Positions 41,223-53,900 of a stretch of DNA of 56,265 nucleotides are shown here, piece by piece. The position numbers were made by a program, and so were the translations under genes. Source of the stretch: Sandaracinaceae bacterium. GTDB lineage: Bacteria > Myxococcota_A > Polyangia > Polyangiales > Sandaracinaceae. The notes under the pieces were generated by a model, which was not told where the DNA came from, did no database searches, and worked only from the letters and a program-made list of their open reading frames with translations. The DNA is taken from NCBI GenBank assembly GCA_044220955.1, contig JBGAQA010000010.1, forward strand, positions 1 to 56,265. Reading direction: 5' to 3'. Position 1 is the stretch's first letter; the number at the start of each line of letters is the position of its first letter.

Positions 41223-41320
41223 TCGCCCGGCCGATCCGAGTGTCCACGTCGATCGCGCGGTCGCGATCGAGCGGTCCCTCTTTGTCTCGCTCGCTCCCCT
41301 CTCAGCCAAGGAAACGAACC

Positions 41321-42582
<1,262 letters not shown>

Positions 42583-42592
<10 letters not shown>

Positions 42593-42610
42593 GGGGGTTC
42601 CACTGAGGGG
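42583..42610 (+). repeat. 14-bp tandem duplication covering the aceA stop codon
   Basis: GTTCCACTGAGGGG x2 (42583-42596, 42597-42610). Confidence 0.9.
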
Positions 42611-42651
42611 TCACTCCACACCCTCTCAAGTCCCCGGAAAGACACCGAACC

Positions 42652-42724
42652 GGCGGGTAGGTGCGCGATTCGTCCGATCCCCCTTCGTTCATGGGAGATC
42701 GGATAGATCGCGCACCTACCCGCC
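42652..42724. repeat. Long inverted repeat (~32-bp stem) between convergent genes
   Basis: GGCGGGTAGGTGCGCGAT and ATCGCGCACCTACCCGCC are perfect 18-bp arms, extended by an imperfect inner stem with a 9-nt loop. Confidence 0.85.
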
Positions 42725-42746
42725 AGAACGTTGTCGTTTCGACAGG

Positions 42747-43505
42747 TTACGGAGCTTGGAGTGACCCCACGACCGTCGCGAACTGGGATGGGGTGACCTC
42801 GCGGGGGTGATACGTGATGGCGCCGGGAGCGATGTGGGCGATGCGGGTCGCGAGCGTGGCGGCGGCGATGAAGGTGCCCAGCTCGCTCGGGTGCGAGCCG
42901 TCGGTCGAGTAGAGATCCCTCTCCGGGAGCACGCTCGCGAGGCGGCGGAAGGTGTCGCCGACCGGCGCGATGCGGGCGCCCGTGCTCGACGCGATCGTCT
43001 CGTACGTGCGGTCGATGCGCGCTTGCATGTCCTCGGGGCCCGCTGCCTCGCCGAGGCGGTAGACGCGGTGGCCGCTCCTGCGCGCCCAGGTCTCGTAGAG
43101 GATGGGCTCCGCGCCGCGGCGTACGGCCAGCTCCGTGAAGCGCTGCGCGGCGTCCGTCATGCGCGCGCGCTCCCGTTCGCGCAGGGGCGCGAGGCTGTGG
43201 CCCTGCAGGACGACGTGCGTGAAGAAGTGGTCGCGCCCGAGGCGCCGCCGCGCGACGCCGCTGCGCCAGTGGCGCCAGAGGTCCCAGCCCGAGTGAGTGA
43301 CCTCCTGTGTGTGGACGACCACGCGGGGATCGGCCGACTGGATCACACGCCGGACGACGTGGCGCAGCTGGTGGAAGTGCGTGTAGCTGTTCCCGATGAA
43401 CAGGACCCGGATCACGCGCGGCGCATCCCGCTCTTGCGCGCGAGAGACCGCGCCGCCCACGAAGAGCAGCGTCAGCGCCAGCGTGCAGGAGAGGACCGAG
43501 CGCAC
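42747..43505 (-). CDS. Secreted SGNH/GDSL-like hydrolase
   Basis: Signal peptide, VLFIGNSYT, VVLQGHS, LYETW, DGSHPS. Confidence 0.82.
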   Translation of the reverse strand: MRSVLSCTLALTLLFVGGAVSRAQERDAPRVIRVLFIGNSYTHFHQLRHVVRRVIQSADPRVVVHTQEVTHSGWDLWRHWRSGVARRRLGRDHFFTHVVLQGHSLAPLRERERARMTDAAQRFTELAVRRGAEPILYETWARRSGHRVYRLGEAAGPEDMQARIDRTYETIASSTGARIAPVGDTFRRLASVLPERDLYSTDGSHPSELGTFIAAATLATRIAHIAPGAITYHPREVTPSQFATVVGSLQAP

Positions 43506-43541
43506 GCGATCATGGTATCCGCGTGCGACGAAGATCGCGAA

Positions 43542-44528
43542 TCACGCAGCGACCGCGAGCGCGCGGGCCTCGGCGCGGTCGAAGATCGCCAGCACCTGCT
43601 CGAGCGGATCGGTCGTGTTCAGCTCCCGGCGGAGCGCGGCGCTGCCGGGCAGCCCCTTGAGGTAGCCCGGGTAGTAGCGGCGCATCGCGCGGACGGCGCG
43701 CAGCTCGCCGCGCTCCTCCACGGTCGCGCGCAGGTGCTCGCGGCAGAGCGCCATCCGCTCGAGGACCGTCGGCTCGGGCAGCGTCTCGCCTCGGTCGATC
43801 ACCGCGCGCGCCTCGCGAAAGATCCACGGGTGCTCGATCGCGTGGCGGCCGACCATCGCGCCGTGGCAGCCGGTCTCCTCGATCGCGCGGAGCGCGTCCT
43901 GGCCGCTTCGCACGTCGCCGTTGACGATCACCGGCACCGCGACGACCTCGCGCACCCGCGCTGCCCACGACCAGTCCGCGCTGCCGGAGTGGCCCATCTG
44001 CGCCGTGCGGCAGTGCAGCGTGATCGCGCGGACGCCCGCGTCCTCCAGCCGCCGCGCGAGGTCGACGATCGGCATCGCCACCTCGCCGCCCCAGCCGATG
44101 CGCGTCTTGACGGTCACGGGCAGGGACACGCGCGAGACCACCATCTTCACCATCTCGATCATCGCGGCCGGATCGCGCAGCCAGCCGGCGCCCGCGCCCC
44201 GGCGCGCGATCTTGGGCACCCAGCAACCGCAGTTCACGTCGATCCACGCGGGCTCCGAGCCCTCGGCGATCGTGGCCGCCTCGGCCAGGCGCGCGGCGTC
44301 GGAGCCGTAGATCTGGATCGCCGTCGGGTGGTCGTCTGGCGCGAGCTCGATCTTGTGTGCGGCCATCCTGCAGCCGCGGAGCAGCCCCTCGACGTTGACG
44401 AACTCCGTGACGCAGAGGTCCGCGCCGCGCTCCCGGCAGAGGCGACGGAACACCGCGTCCGTCACGTCCTCCATGGGGGCGAGGATCACGGGGCGGGCGC
44501 GCAGCGCCGCATCGAGGTCGAACGCCAT
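43542..44528 (-). CDS. dusB: tRNA-dihydrouridine synthase
   Basis: LAPMEDVTD, IDVNCGC, PVTVKTRIGW, TLHCRT, VIVNGD, MVGR. Confidence 0.92.
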   Translation of the reverse strand: MAFDLDAALRARPVILAPMEDVTDAVFRRLCRERGADLCVTEFVNVEGLLRGCRMAAHKIELAPDDHPTAIQIYGSDAARLAEAATIAEGSEPAWIDVNCGCWVPKIARRGAGAGWLRDPAAMIEMVKMVVSRVSLPVTVKTRIGWGGEVAMPIVDLARRLEDAGVRAITLHCRTAQMGHSGSADWSWAARVREVVAVPVIVNGDVRSGQDALRAIEETGCHGAMVGRHAIEHPWIFREARAVIDRGETLPEPTVLERMALCREHLRATVEERGELRAVRAMRRYYPGYLKGLPGSAALRRELNTTDPLEQVLAIFDRAEARALAVAA

Positions 44529-44549
44529 GACGAGCGGAAGATGTACGGC

Positions 44550-44584
44550 AAAAGGAAAAGGCCGGCCACCGAAGTGACCGGCCT
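44550..44584 (-). terminator. Rho-independent terminator
   Basis: Minus strand AGGCCGGTCAC-TTCG-GTGGCCGGCCT followed by TTTCCTTTT. Confidence 0.85.
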
Positions 44585-44585
44585 C

Positions 44586-44625
44586 CTCGACACCAAGGCG
44601 TCGAGCTCGACACCAAGGCGTCGAG
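44586..44625. repeat. Tandem 20-bp palindromic repeat
   Basis: CTCGACACCAAGGCGTCGAG x2; each unit is an imperfect palindrome. Confidence 0.9.
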
Positions 44626-44642
44626 CTAGAGGATCCCTGAGA

Positions 44643-45710
44643 TCACTCGAGCGTCGCCGAGATCGCGGCGTAGCCCATGCCGGCCGAGAGGGCCGCGCAG
44701 GTCGATCCGTCCGCGTTGGGCATGAGGTCCGGCGAGACGAACGACGTGACGTCGATCGAGAAGCCGAGGTCCGCCACGACCTGCATCAGCTCGGCGATGA
44801 GGATCTGCGCGCCGAACTCGCCGTTGGTGATGTTGGTCGCCGTGATGTGCCCGCCGAACTGCACGCTGTGGAGCGTCAGCGTGATGGTCTGGCCCATCGC
44901 CGCGAACGAGAGCGGCAGCGTGTCGGTGATGGCCGAGATCTGGCCGCCCGTGATCGAGCCGTTGACGGTGCCGAGGTCGGTCAGCATCGCGAACGTCTGA
45001 CCGCCCGCGATGCCCGAGCACGCGCTCGCCATCGCCGACCAGTTGCACGCGTTCATCTGGTCGCCCTCGCAGCTCGCCTGATCGGCGTGCCCCGGGCAGG
45101 CCGTGCTGGCCGTCGGGGTGGCGTCCGTGCTGCAGGTGCCGCCGGTGCCCGACGACGCCGCCGTCCACGAGCACATGTTCGCGGTGTCACCCGTGCACGA
45201 GGCCATGTCCGCGTGGGCCATGCAGGCCGCGCCCTCGGGGCTCACCTGGCCGAGGACGGCGTGCACGCGGATCGCCGAGTCGTTGTTGAAGCTGTTGATG
45301 TCGCTGACCTCGAGCATCAGCAGGACCGAGCCCGCCTGGATCTGGTCGCGGATGGCGCCGTTGACGCCGTCGCCGCCGAGCAGACCGTCGAGGGTCGGCG
45401 CGAGGTAGCTGAGCTGGTTGTCGACGCCCGCCGCGCCCGTGACCGGCGAGGTGTAGTCCATGATGTCCTGGCACGTGCCGGCGGGGCCGCCGTCCATGCC
45501 GTCGAGGTTGAAGCCGTACGCGTCGTCGACGTTATCCGTCTCCGTGTCGATCATGCCGATGACGTACGTGTGCGTCTCGGGGGGCATGGTCGTGCCCATG
45601 TCGCCCATCGGGGTGCCAGAGTCGCTCCCGCCCGGGGGACTGCTCGTGCCACAACCCACCATCGCAAATCCCGCCATCGCCGAACCAAGTGCCAACGTCT
45701 TCCAGTTCAT
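44643..45710 (-). CDS. Cys-containing lipoprotein with internal repeat
   Basis: AGGAGG RBS; MNWKTLALGSAMAGFAMVGC; GFNLDG..GVDNQL; duplicated CxxHADxASCxGDxxNxCxW. Confidence 0.82.
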   Translation of the reverse strand: MNWKTLALGSAMAGFAMVGCGTSSPPGGSDSGTPMGDMGTTMPPETHTYVIGMIDTETDNVDDAYGFNLDGMDGGPAGTCQDIMDYTSPVTGAAGVDNQLSYLAPTLDGLLGGDGVNGAIRDQIQAGSVLLMLEVSDINSFNNDSAIRVHAVLGQVSPEGAACMAHADMASCTGDTANMCSWTAASSGTGGTCSTDATPTASTACPGHADQASCEGDQMNACNWSAMASACSGIAGGQTFAMLTDLGTVNGSITGGQISAITDTLPLSFAAMGQTITLTLHSVQFGGHITATNITNGEFGAQILIAELMQVVADLGFSIDVTSFVSPDLMPNADGSTCAALSAGMGYAAISATLE

Positions 45711-45951
45711 CCCGGTGCCTCCTCTTGAGATCCAACGCCCCGGGGCAGCTGACTCCCCGAACCCGGCCGGCGCTTCTAACACGCCTGCCACAGAGCGTTC
45801 AAGCAAGGGGCAGAGTAACCGACGCGGGGCTCGCGCGATCCAGGAACTGCACCGGATCACTCACGTGACATCCGTGTCGCGGCGCTCGACGCGCTGCGTC
45901 AAGCTCGGGTGGCCGGGCGTCGACGCGGTTTTTGGGGTAAGGCCGGCCCCC

Positions 45952-47517
45952 ATGTCACGACACCAGCAGCTCTTGGGCTTGATCGCGGCGACGCTCGTCG
46001 CCTGCAACGGAAACACCATCGCCCCCGTCGATGCCGGCCCCGGCGACACGGGCGCTGCCGACACCGGCGGCGGCGGCGGCGACGCGGGGCGCGACGCGGG
46101 CGGCGGCGGCTCGGTCTGCGACAGCCCGATCGCCGTGACGCTGCCGATGGGTGCGCACTCGGTCATGGGCGACACGACCGGCCACACGACGGGCCTGGTC
46201 ACGTTCGGGGCCGGATGCGGTGGCGCGGCGGCGGGCCCGCAGATGGCCGAGCAGGTCATCGCGCTGACGCTCCCGGGCACGGCGAGCGACACGGTCGCGG
46301 TCAGCTTCACGTTCGCGAACGCGGGCACCGACGTGATGTTCGACACGACGACGCAGCTGCGCACCTCGTGCACGGACGCGACGGGCGCCATGTGCTTCGA
46401 CGATTCGAACGACTACCGCTCCGAGGGCACGTTCAACGCGCCCGGCGGCTCGACGCGCTACCTCGTGGTCAGCGGCTACCGCATGCCGGACATGGGCTAC
46501 GTGAACGTCGGCCCCTGGCAGGCGGACTTCCAGACCTTCGTGAACCCGCAGCCGCCGACGCTGACGAGCGCGAACGCCTCGCTGCTCGACGGCGACTACC
46601 TCACGGTGCAGGCGATGGGCATGGACCCGCAGAGCGCCGCGTCGGGCGTGATCATCACGTTCCTCGACACCGCGGGCGCGCCCATCGGCGTGGACCTCGA
46701 CGCCGACCCGACGACTCCGGCGGTGACCGATCTCGGGCCCTACGACTTCCGCCCCTCGGTGAACGGCATGATGACGTTCGACGGGACGAGCCGCGTCGTC
46801 GGCTGGGGCGACACGCCCGCGCTCGCGCTCGCGCCGCAGCTGCGCGTCTCGGTGGTCGACGCCGCCGCCCTGACGAGCAACGAGCTGACGATCCCGCTGG
46901 TGCAGGCGGTCACGGCGCACGTGGGCGAGGCCTGCGACACGACGCACCGCTGCGCCGCCGGCGTGGACTGCACGGGCACGCCCGCGGTCTGCACGGTGCC
47001 CGCGGCGGTCGCGACGGCGTGCGCGGCCGCGACGGCGCTCACGTTCACGTCGCCGACCACGCCGGTCACCGCGCCCGTGAGCCTCACGACCGGGATGGGT
47101 CTGCTCGATGGCTCGTGCAACGACCGCGGCATGGGCGACGAGCGCATCTTCGGCGTCATGGTCCCGACGGGCGCTTTCGACCTGATCGCGGAGACGACCG
47201 ACATGGGCACGACGCCGCCCGACACGACGATCTACGACCGGACGGTCTGCGGCGATCCGTCGACCGAGACCGCGTGCAACGACGACCGCTCGACGATGCC
47301 CCACTCGCTGGCGTCGCGCATCGAGGTGCTGAACGCGACGGGCCAGCACTTCATCGTGGTGGACGCGTTCGAGACGCTGATGGCTGCGGCCACCACGACG
47401 CTCACGCTGAGCCTGCGCCCGGTCCTCGCGGCCGGCGCGACGTGCGATCCGGCGGGCGTGACGAGCCGCTGCATGACGGGCCCGTGCCCGACGACCGGCA
47501 CGCCGGTCTGCCCCTGA
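45952..47517 (+). CDS. Cys-rich lipoprotein with PPC/beta-sandwich-like domains
   Basis: LIAATLVAC lipobox, DAG/DTG linker, FDTTTQLRTSC..CFDD and PDTTIYDRTVC..ACNDD repeats. Confidence 0.8.
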   Translation: MSRHQQLLGLIAATLVACNGNTIAPVDAGPGDTGAADTGGGGGDAGRDAGGGGSVCDSPIAVTLPMGAHSVMGDTTGHTTGLVTFGAGCGGAAAGPQMAEQVIALTLPGTASDTVAVSFTFANAGTDVMFDTTTQLRTSCTDATGAMCFDDSNDYRSEGTFNAPGGSTRYLVVSGYRMPDMGYVNVGPWQADFQTFVNPQPPTLTSANASLLDGDYLTVQAMGMDPQSAASGVIITFLDTAGAPIGVDLDADPTTPAVTDLGPYDFRPSVNGMMTFDGTSRVVGWGDTPALALAPQLRVSVVDAAALTSNELTIPLVQAVTAHVGEACDTTHRCAAGVDCTGTPAVCTVPAAVATACAAATALTFTSPTTPVTAPVSLTTGMGLLDGSCNDRGMGDERIFGVMVPTGAFDLIAETTDMGTTPPDTTIYDRTVCGDPSTETACNDDRSTMPHSLASRIEVLNATGQHFIVVDAFETLMAAATTTLTLSLRPVLAAGATCDPAGVTSRCMTGPCPTTGTPVCP

Positions 47518-47542
47518 GACCAGAGCGCTCGTAGCGATCGCA

Positions 47543-47590
47543 GCGACGAAGGAGGCCGCCCGGCGAGAGCCCGGCGGCCTTCGTCGTCGC
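47543..47590. terminator. Hairpin between convergent genes
   Basis: gcgacgaaggaggccgcc...ggcggccttcgtcgtcgc stem. Confidence 0.6.
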
Positions 47591-47596
47591 GGGTCG

Positions 47597-48403
47597 TCAG
47601 CGGAGCTCGTCGAGCACGCGGACCTCGGTCTCGACGTCCGCGCGGCGCGCGTCGAGGCGCGTGTCGGCGTGGGTGTCGAGGTGCTCGTGCGCCGCGGCGC
47701 GGCGATCGAGGGCGCGCGCGCAGCCGACGATGGTGGCGAGGCGCTCCCTCATCGCGCTCTCGATCGCGGGGCCGCCCGCGAGCGCGCTCGCGCGGGCCTC
47801 GCCCAGCTCGACCAAGCGCGCGAAGGCAGACTCGAGCTCGCGGCGCTCCTCGCGCGTGGGGCGGTGCAGCGCGGTCTCGAGGCGCCGGCGCACGGCGATC
47901 GCGCGGAGCAGGATCGCGCGCGCGGCGCCGCGGCTGCGCGCGGCCACGCTCCGAAGCGCGCCCGTGCGGACGTCGTCGGCGGGCACGGCGAGCGGCAGCG
48001 CCACGAAGAAGGTCACGAGCAGGAGCGCGCCGATCAGGCGCTCGGGGCCGGCGTGGGCGGACGCCGCGATCGTGCTCGCCCCGAGCCCCCCCATCACGAG
48101 GCCGAGCAGCGCGGCGACGACCCCGCCCGCCGTCGTGAGCGAGCGGAGCGTGCGCGGACCGAGCACGAGCGCGAGGTACGCCGCGCCCGCCGCCCACGGG
48201 ACGACCGGGCGCAGGAGCGCGTACGCCACCGCCGCGCCGGCGCCGCAGAGCACGGCGTTGAGCGTCGGCCGCGTCGCGACGACCGCCGTCACCACCGCGA
48301 GCGCGACGAGCGCGAGCGCGGCGGGGATGGGCGCGGCGCTGCGGAGAGTCTCGGCGACGAGCAGCGAGGCACAGAGGAGCGCGGCGGGGGCGAAGAGCGT
48401 CAT
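47597..48403 (-). CDS. Membrane protein with C-terminal helical domain
   Basis: C-terminal part of ORF 47597..49924; ATG 2 nt after the VWA gene stop; hydrophobic N-half. Confidence 0.75.
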   Translation of the reverse strand: MTLFAPAALLCASLLVAETLRSAAPIPAALALVALAVVTAVVATRPTLNAVLCGAGAAVAYALLRPVVPWAAGAAYLALVLGPRTLRSLTTAGGVVAALLGLVMGGLGASTIAASAHAGPERLIGALLLVTFFVALPLAVPADDVRTGALRSVAARSRGAARAILLRAIAVRRRLETALHRPTREERRELESAFARLVELGEARASALAGGPAIESAMRERLATIVGCARALDRRAAAHEHLDTHADTRLDARRADVETEVRVLDELR

Positions 48404-48405
48404 GG

Positions 48406-49851
48406 TCAGAACGCTTCCGCCATGTCGATGCGAGCGGCGCGGTGCGCGAGGCCGCCGGCGCGGCCGGACGCGCTCGAGGCGTCGTCGCCCTCGTACATCG
48501 CGCGCTCCTCCGAGCGCGACTGCGCGCGCGCGGCGAAGATCGGCGCCGCCGCAGGCGCCACGCGCTGCGCCTCCGCCAGCGCGGCCATGTTCGCGTCGGT
48601 CAGCCGCAGCGCGTCCTCGCGGCGCCCCTCGCGCCACGCGGTGAGCGCATCGTCCTGGCGCGCGTCGAGGACGGTCGCGTACGCATCGCCCCAGATCTCG
48701 GCGTCGCGCGTCGCCGCGAGCTCGGCGTCGGTCGCCACGCGGATCAGGCGCGCGGCGCCCGCGATGGCGTGGGCCGTGTGGTCGACGGTCTCGTACGCGA
48801 GGCGCACCGGCGCGCTGACGGCCGAGCCCACCTCGCCCGGGTCGACGGCGAACTGCAGCACGACCTTGCGCCGCTCCCCCGCGTAGATGGAACCGATGGG
48901 GATGCGAACGGTGCTCCCGCTCGCGCTGACGGCCGCGCCGTGCGCCTCGACGAATCGCATGCCGTACGGCACCTCGACCTCCGCGACGACCCCGTCGGCG
49001 ATGGTGGCCGTCGCCTGCTCGAGCTCGCGCGTGAGGAAAGGCGCGAGCATCTCCTCGCGCTCCATGAAGGCGTAGTTGCCGCGGCCCGACTCGGCGACCC
49101 CGCTCATGAAGCGCTCGTCGTAGTCGATGCCGATGCCGAGCGCGCTCGTCGTCGTGTGCTCGTTCGCGAGCGAGGCGACGCGCGCCTCGATGCTCGGCAG
49201 CGGCTCCCCCGAGCCGTCCTGGCCGTCCGAGAGCAACACGACGCGGTGGACCATCCCGCGTGGCGCGGCCGCGAGCGTGCCGACGCCCATGTCCAGGCCG
49301 AGCGGGATGTTGGTGCCGCCGTCGGCGTACACGCCGCGGACGCGCGCGGGCAGCGACGCGCGGAGCGACGCGACGGGCGCGAGCGGCTGCAGGATCTCGG
49401 CGCTGTCGTCGTAGATGACGACCGAGAGCCAGTCGTCGTCGTGCATGCGCGAGAGGAGCGAGACGACGGCCTCGTCGGCCTGCCGCATCTTGTCGCCGCT
49501 CATCGAGCCCGAGTGATCGATGACGACGGCGAGGGCGACGGGCGTGCGCGGCGCGGCGCTCTCGGGGGCGAGTCCGGTCAAGCGCAGCTCGGCCAGCACG
49601 TCGGTGGAGCCAGACGCGAGCAGCGCACCCTCGCCGAACGCGAGCACGCCGTCGATCGAGGGCCCGTCGAGCTCGACGCGCGCGCCGCCGGTGCTCGAGA
49701 CGATCGTGGCGGTGGTGCTCGACGCGGGCGAGACCGGTGCGTCCGCGGTCGCCGGCGGCGAGCGCAGGACGATGACGGCCCCGATGGCCGCGAGGACCGC
49801 GAGCGCGCCGAGGGTGGAGCCTGGGGAACGACGACCGAGCCGGATACGCAT
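48406..49851 (-). CDS. Secreted/anchored von Willebrand factor A domain protein
   Basis: GAGGAGG RBS; N-terminal TM/signal; MIDAS VIDHSGSM, GGTNI, LLSDG. Confidence 0.9.
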   Translation of the reverse strand: MRIRLGRRSPGSTLGALAVLAAIGAVIVLRSPPATADAPVSPASSTTATIVSSTGGARVELDGPSIDGVLAFGEGALLASGSTDVLAELRLTGLAPESAAPRTPVALAVVIDHSGSMSGDKMRQADEAVVSLLSRMHDDDWLSVVIYDDSAEILQPLAPVASLRASLPARVRGVYADGGTNIPLGLDMGVGTLAAAPRGMVHRVVLLSDGQDGSGEPLPSIEARVASLANEHTTTSALGIGIDYDERFMSGVAESGRGNYAFMEREEMLAPFLTRELEQATATIADGVVAEVEVPYGMRFVEAHGAAVSASGSTVRIPIGSIYAGERRKVVLQFAVDPGEVGSAVSAPVRLAYETVDHTAHAIAGAARLIRVATDAELAATRDAEIWGDAYATVLDARQDDALTAWREGRREDALRLTDANMAALAEAQRVAPAAAPIFAARAQSRSEERAMYEGDDASSASGRAGGLAHRAARIDMAEAF

Positions 49852-49894
49852 GGTGGAGCCTCCTCGTCCACGCAGCGGCGGACGGGAGATGCGC

Positions 49895-49910
49895 AGCACC
49901 GGCCGGGCCA
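49895..49910 (-). promoter_or_regulatory. Putative sigma54 promoter of the VWA operon
   Basis: Minus strand TGGCCCGGCCGGTGCT (GG-N10-GC), 44 nt before the ATG. Confidence 0.55.
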
Positions 49911-50007
49911 GCCGAGCGAGCCAAAGAAACGCGCGAAAAGCCGGGGTCGCACGCGGCGGTTGCGACGATTCGTAGATCCGGAGCGATCGATTTCGTAGAT
50001 CGCCGGC

Positions 50008-50991
50008 TCAGCCTGCCCAGAGCGCGCGCGCGGGCGCGCGGAGCATGCCGGTCGGCAAGAGCGTGACGCCTCCCTCGCGGTCCCTCTCGAGGAAGAGGGA
50101 TCCGTCGAGGTCCACGAAATCGGCGTCCTTGGCGAGCACGAACGCCGGCGCGAGCGCGAGCGAGGTGCAGACCATGCTGCCCACGACGACGTCGAGGCCG
50201 ACGCGGCGCGCCTCGCGCACCACGTCGAGCGCCTCGGTCAGGCCGCCCGTCTTGTCGAGCTTCACGTTCACGGCGTCGTAGCGATCGGCCAGCGCCGCCA
50301 GCGTGCTCACGCCGTGGGCCGACTCGTCGGCGCAGATGGGTACGGGCCGGGGCAGCACCGCGAGCGCCGCGTCGAGGCCGGCGGGGAAGGGCTGCTCGAC
50401 GAGGACGACCGGCAGTGACTCGAGGAGCGGCACGAGAGCCAGGTAGCGCTCGGCGTCGAGCCCCTCGTTCGCGTCGAGCCAGAGCTCTGCGTCGGGCCGC
50501 GCCGCGTGCACCGCGCGCAGGCGATCTGCGTCCGCGCCGTCTCCGGCGAGCTTCAGCTTCAAGAGCGTCCCGCGCGCGGCCATCGCGCGGGCGGCCATCG
50601 TCTCCGGAGGGGCGAGCGAGATCGTGAGCGCCGAGCGCGCCTCTTCGACGCGCGGGGAAGACGTCCCCGAGGCGCGCGCCGCGAGATCCCAGAGCGCGAG
50701 ATCGACCGCGTTGCGCAGCGCGCCCGGTGGCAGCGCGCGTCGCAGGAGCTCGCGATCCTCCACGTGGCGCAGGGCCTCCTTGTGTACGAGCAGCTGATCC
50801 GTGATCGACTCGCGCGTCTCCTCGTAGCGCGCGTACGGCACCGCCTCGCCCGCGCCGCGGACGCCGCCGCGCTCGATCGTCACGACGAGCACCTCGGCGA
50901 TCGTCTTGGCGCCGCGCGAGATGCGGAACTCCCCCGAGATGCGGTGCGGCTCGAGGTCCATCGTGAGATCGCCCAGTCGATGGACGCTCAC
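50008..50991 (-). CDS. Dipeptide epimerase / N-acyl-amino acid racemase (enolase superfamily)
   Basis: FRISRG, KLKL, DANEG, EQP, ADES, KLDKTGG, DLDG. GTGA overlap with the upstream gene. Confidence 0.9.
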   Translation of the reverse strand: MSVHRLGDLTMDLEPHRISGEFRISRGAKTIAEVLVVTIERGGVRGAGEAVPYARYEETRESITDQLLVHKEALRHVEDRELLRRALPPGALRNAVDLALWDLAARASGTSSPRVEEARSALTISLAPPETMAARAMAARGTLLKLKLAGDGADADRLRAVHAARPDAELWLDANEGLDAERYLALVPLLESLPVVLVEQPFPAGLDAALAVLPRPVPICADESAHGVSTLAALADRYDAVNVKLDKTGGLTEALDVVREARRVGLDVVVGSMVCTSLALAPAFVLAKDADFVDLDGSLFLERDREGGVTLLPTGMLRAPARALWAG

Positions 50992-51422
50992 GCGCGCGGC
51001 CTCACCCGCGAGGCGACGAGCCCGCCCAGGAGGCACCCGAGCGGGGCGAGCGCGACGAAGCCGATCGCGAACCAGCCAGGCAACGCGCGCAGCTCCCCCA
51101 TCGCGGCCATCGAGAAGAAGCCGTTGATCGCGGCGAGCACCGCCGCGTGCGCGACCGGCGCCCGGCCGGCGAGCCGCGCCGTGAGCAGGCCCGCGAGCGT
51201 GGCGTTGGCGAGCTCGGCGGCGAGCCAGAGGCCGAGGCCGCCGTCCGTCGGGCCCGCGCCCTCGCCCGAAGGGTAGAGCGCGGGCCAGAGCGTCCCGGCC
51301 ATCAGCGAGAAGAGGACGCCCAGGATCTGGAGCACGACGAAGCCCGCGAACACCGCGAGCGCGCTCCGCCCCGGCGAGAGCGCGGCCTCTGGCTCGAGCT
51401 TCGGGGTCCGTGTCTCCGCCAC
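50988..51422 (-). CDS. Small four-TM membrane protein
   Basis: Hydrophobic; LAGLLTARLAGRAPVAHA..PGWF. Confidence 0.75.
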   Translation of the reverse strand: MAETRTPKLEPEAALSPGRSALAVFAGFVVLQILGVLFSLMAGTLWPALYPSGEGAGPTDGGLGLWLAAELANATLAGLLTARLAGRAPVAHAAVLAAINGFFSMAAMGELRALPGWFAIGFVALAPLGCLLGGLVASRVRPRA

Positions 51423-51469
51423 GCCGCGGATATACGCGAGCGCTGGCGGCGCGCTACCGTTCGCGACCG

Positions 51470-52003
51470 ATGGACGAGGCCCTGCTCCTCACGATCAACG
51501 GCTGGCGCAGCCCCGCGCTCGACCCGCTCGCGGGTTTCCTCTCCGAGTGGGGACTCTTCGCGTTCATCGTGGTGCTGGCGGCGCGCGGCGCTTGGACGCG
51601 GACCCGGCGCGACCTCGAGACGATGCGCGACGGCTGGCTCGCGTTCTTCGTGACCCTCTTCGCGAGCGACACGGTGCTCAAGCGGCTCGTGGCGCGGGCG
51701 CGCCCGAGCGCCGTCGCCGCGCTCGCGAGCCGGCTGCACGTGCTCGGCCCGGTGCCGCCCGCGTCGAGCACCTCGTTCCCGTCCGGCACCTCGGCCGCAT
51801 GCGCCGCGGGCGCGGCGTGGATCTGGATTCGCTTGGGCCCGCGCGCCGGGATCGCGGCGGCGCTCTATGCGCTGCTCGTCTCGATCACGCGCCTCTACGC
51901 CGGGGTGCACTGGCCGAGCGATCTCGCGGGTGGCTGGGCCGTGGGGATCGCCGTGGCGCTCGGCGTCGAGCGCCTCGGCCGAGACATCGGCAGCCGTCCC
52001 TGA
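51470..52003 (+). CDS. PAP2-family phosphatase-like membrane protein
   Basis: KRLVARARP, SFPSGT, TRLYAGVHWPSD. Confidence 0.85.
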   Translation: MDEALLLTINGWRSPALDPLAGFLSEWGLFAFIVVLAARGAWTRTRRDLETMRDGWLAFFVTLFASDTVLKRLVARARPSAVAALASRLHVLGPVPPASSTSFPSGTSAACAAGAAWIWIRLGPRAGIAAALYALLVSITRLYAGVHWPSDLAGGWAVGIAVALGVERLGRDIGSRP

Positions 52004-52047
52004 GGACGCACGGAGCTCGCCCCCGCCGAGCGGGGAGCCTTCGCCCC

Positions 52048-53781
<1,734 letters not shown>

Positions 53782-53900
53782 CGTCGCCAATTCCCTGGCC
53801 CGAGACGCGATGATAACGAGATCGTCGCGCGAAGGGGGACGCGATTTGTGGCGGGTGGGTGAACGCGGGGCGGATCTGGCCCGCGCGCGGCCCTTCCTGC

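Noticed and set aside
44586..44625. Tandem palindromic repeat as a mini-CRISPR
   Set aside because: Only two adjacent copies with no spacer.
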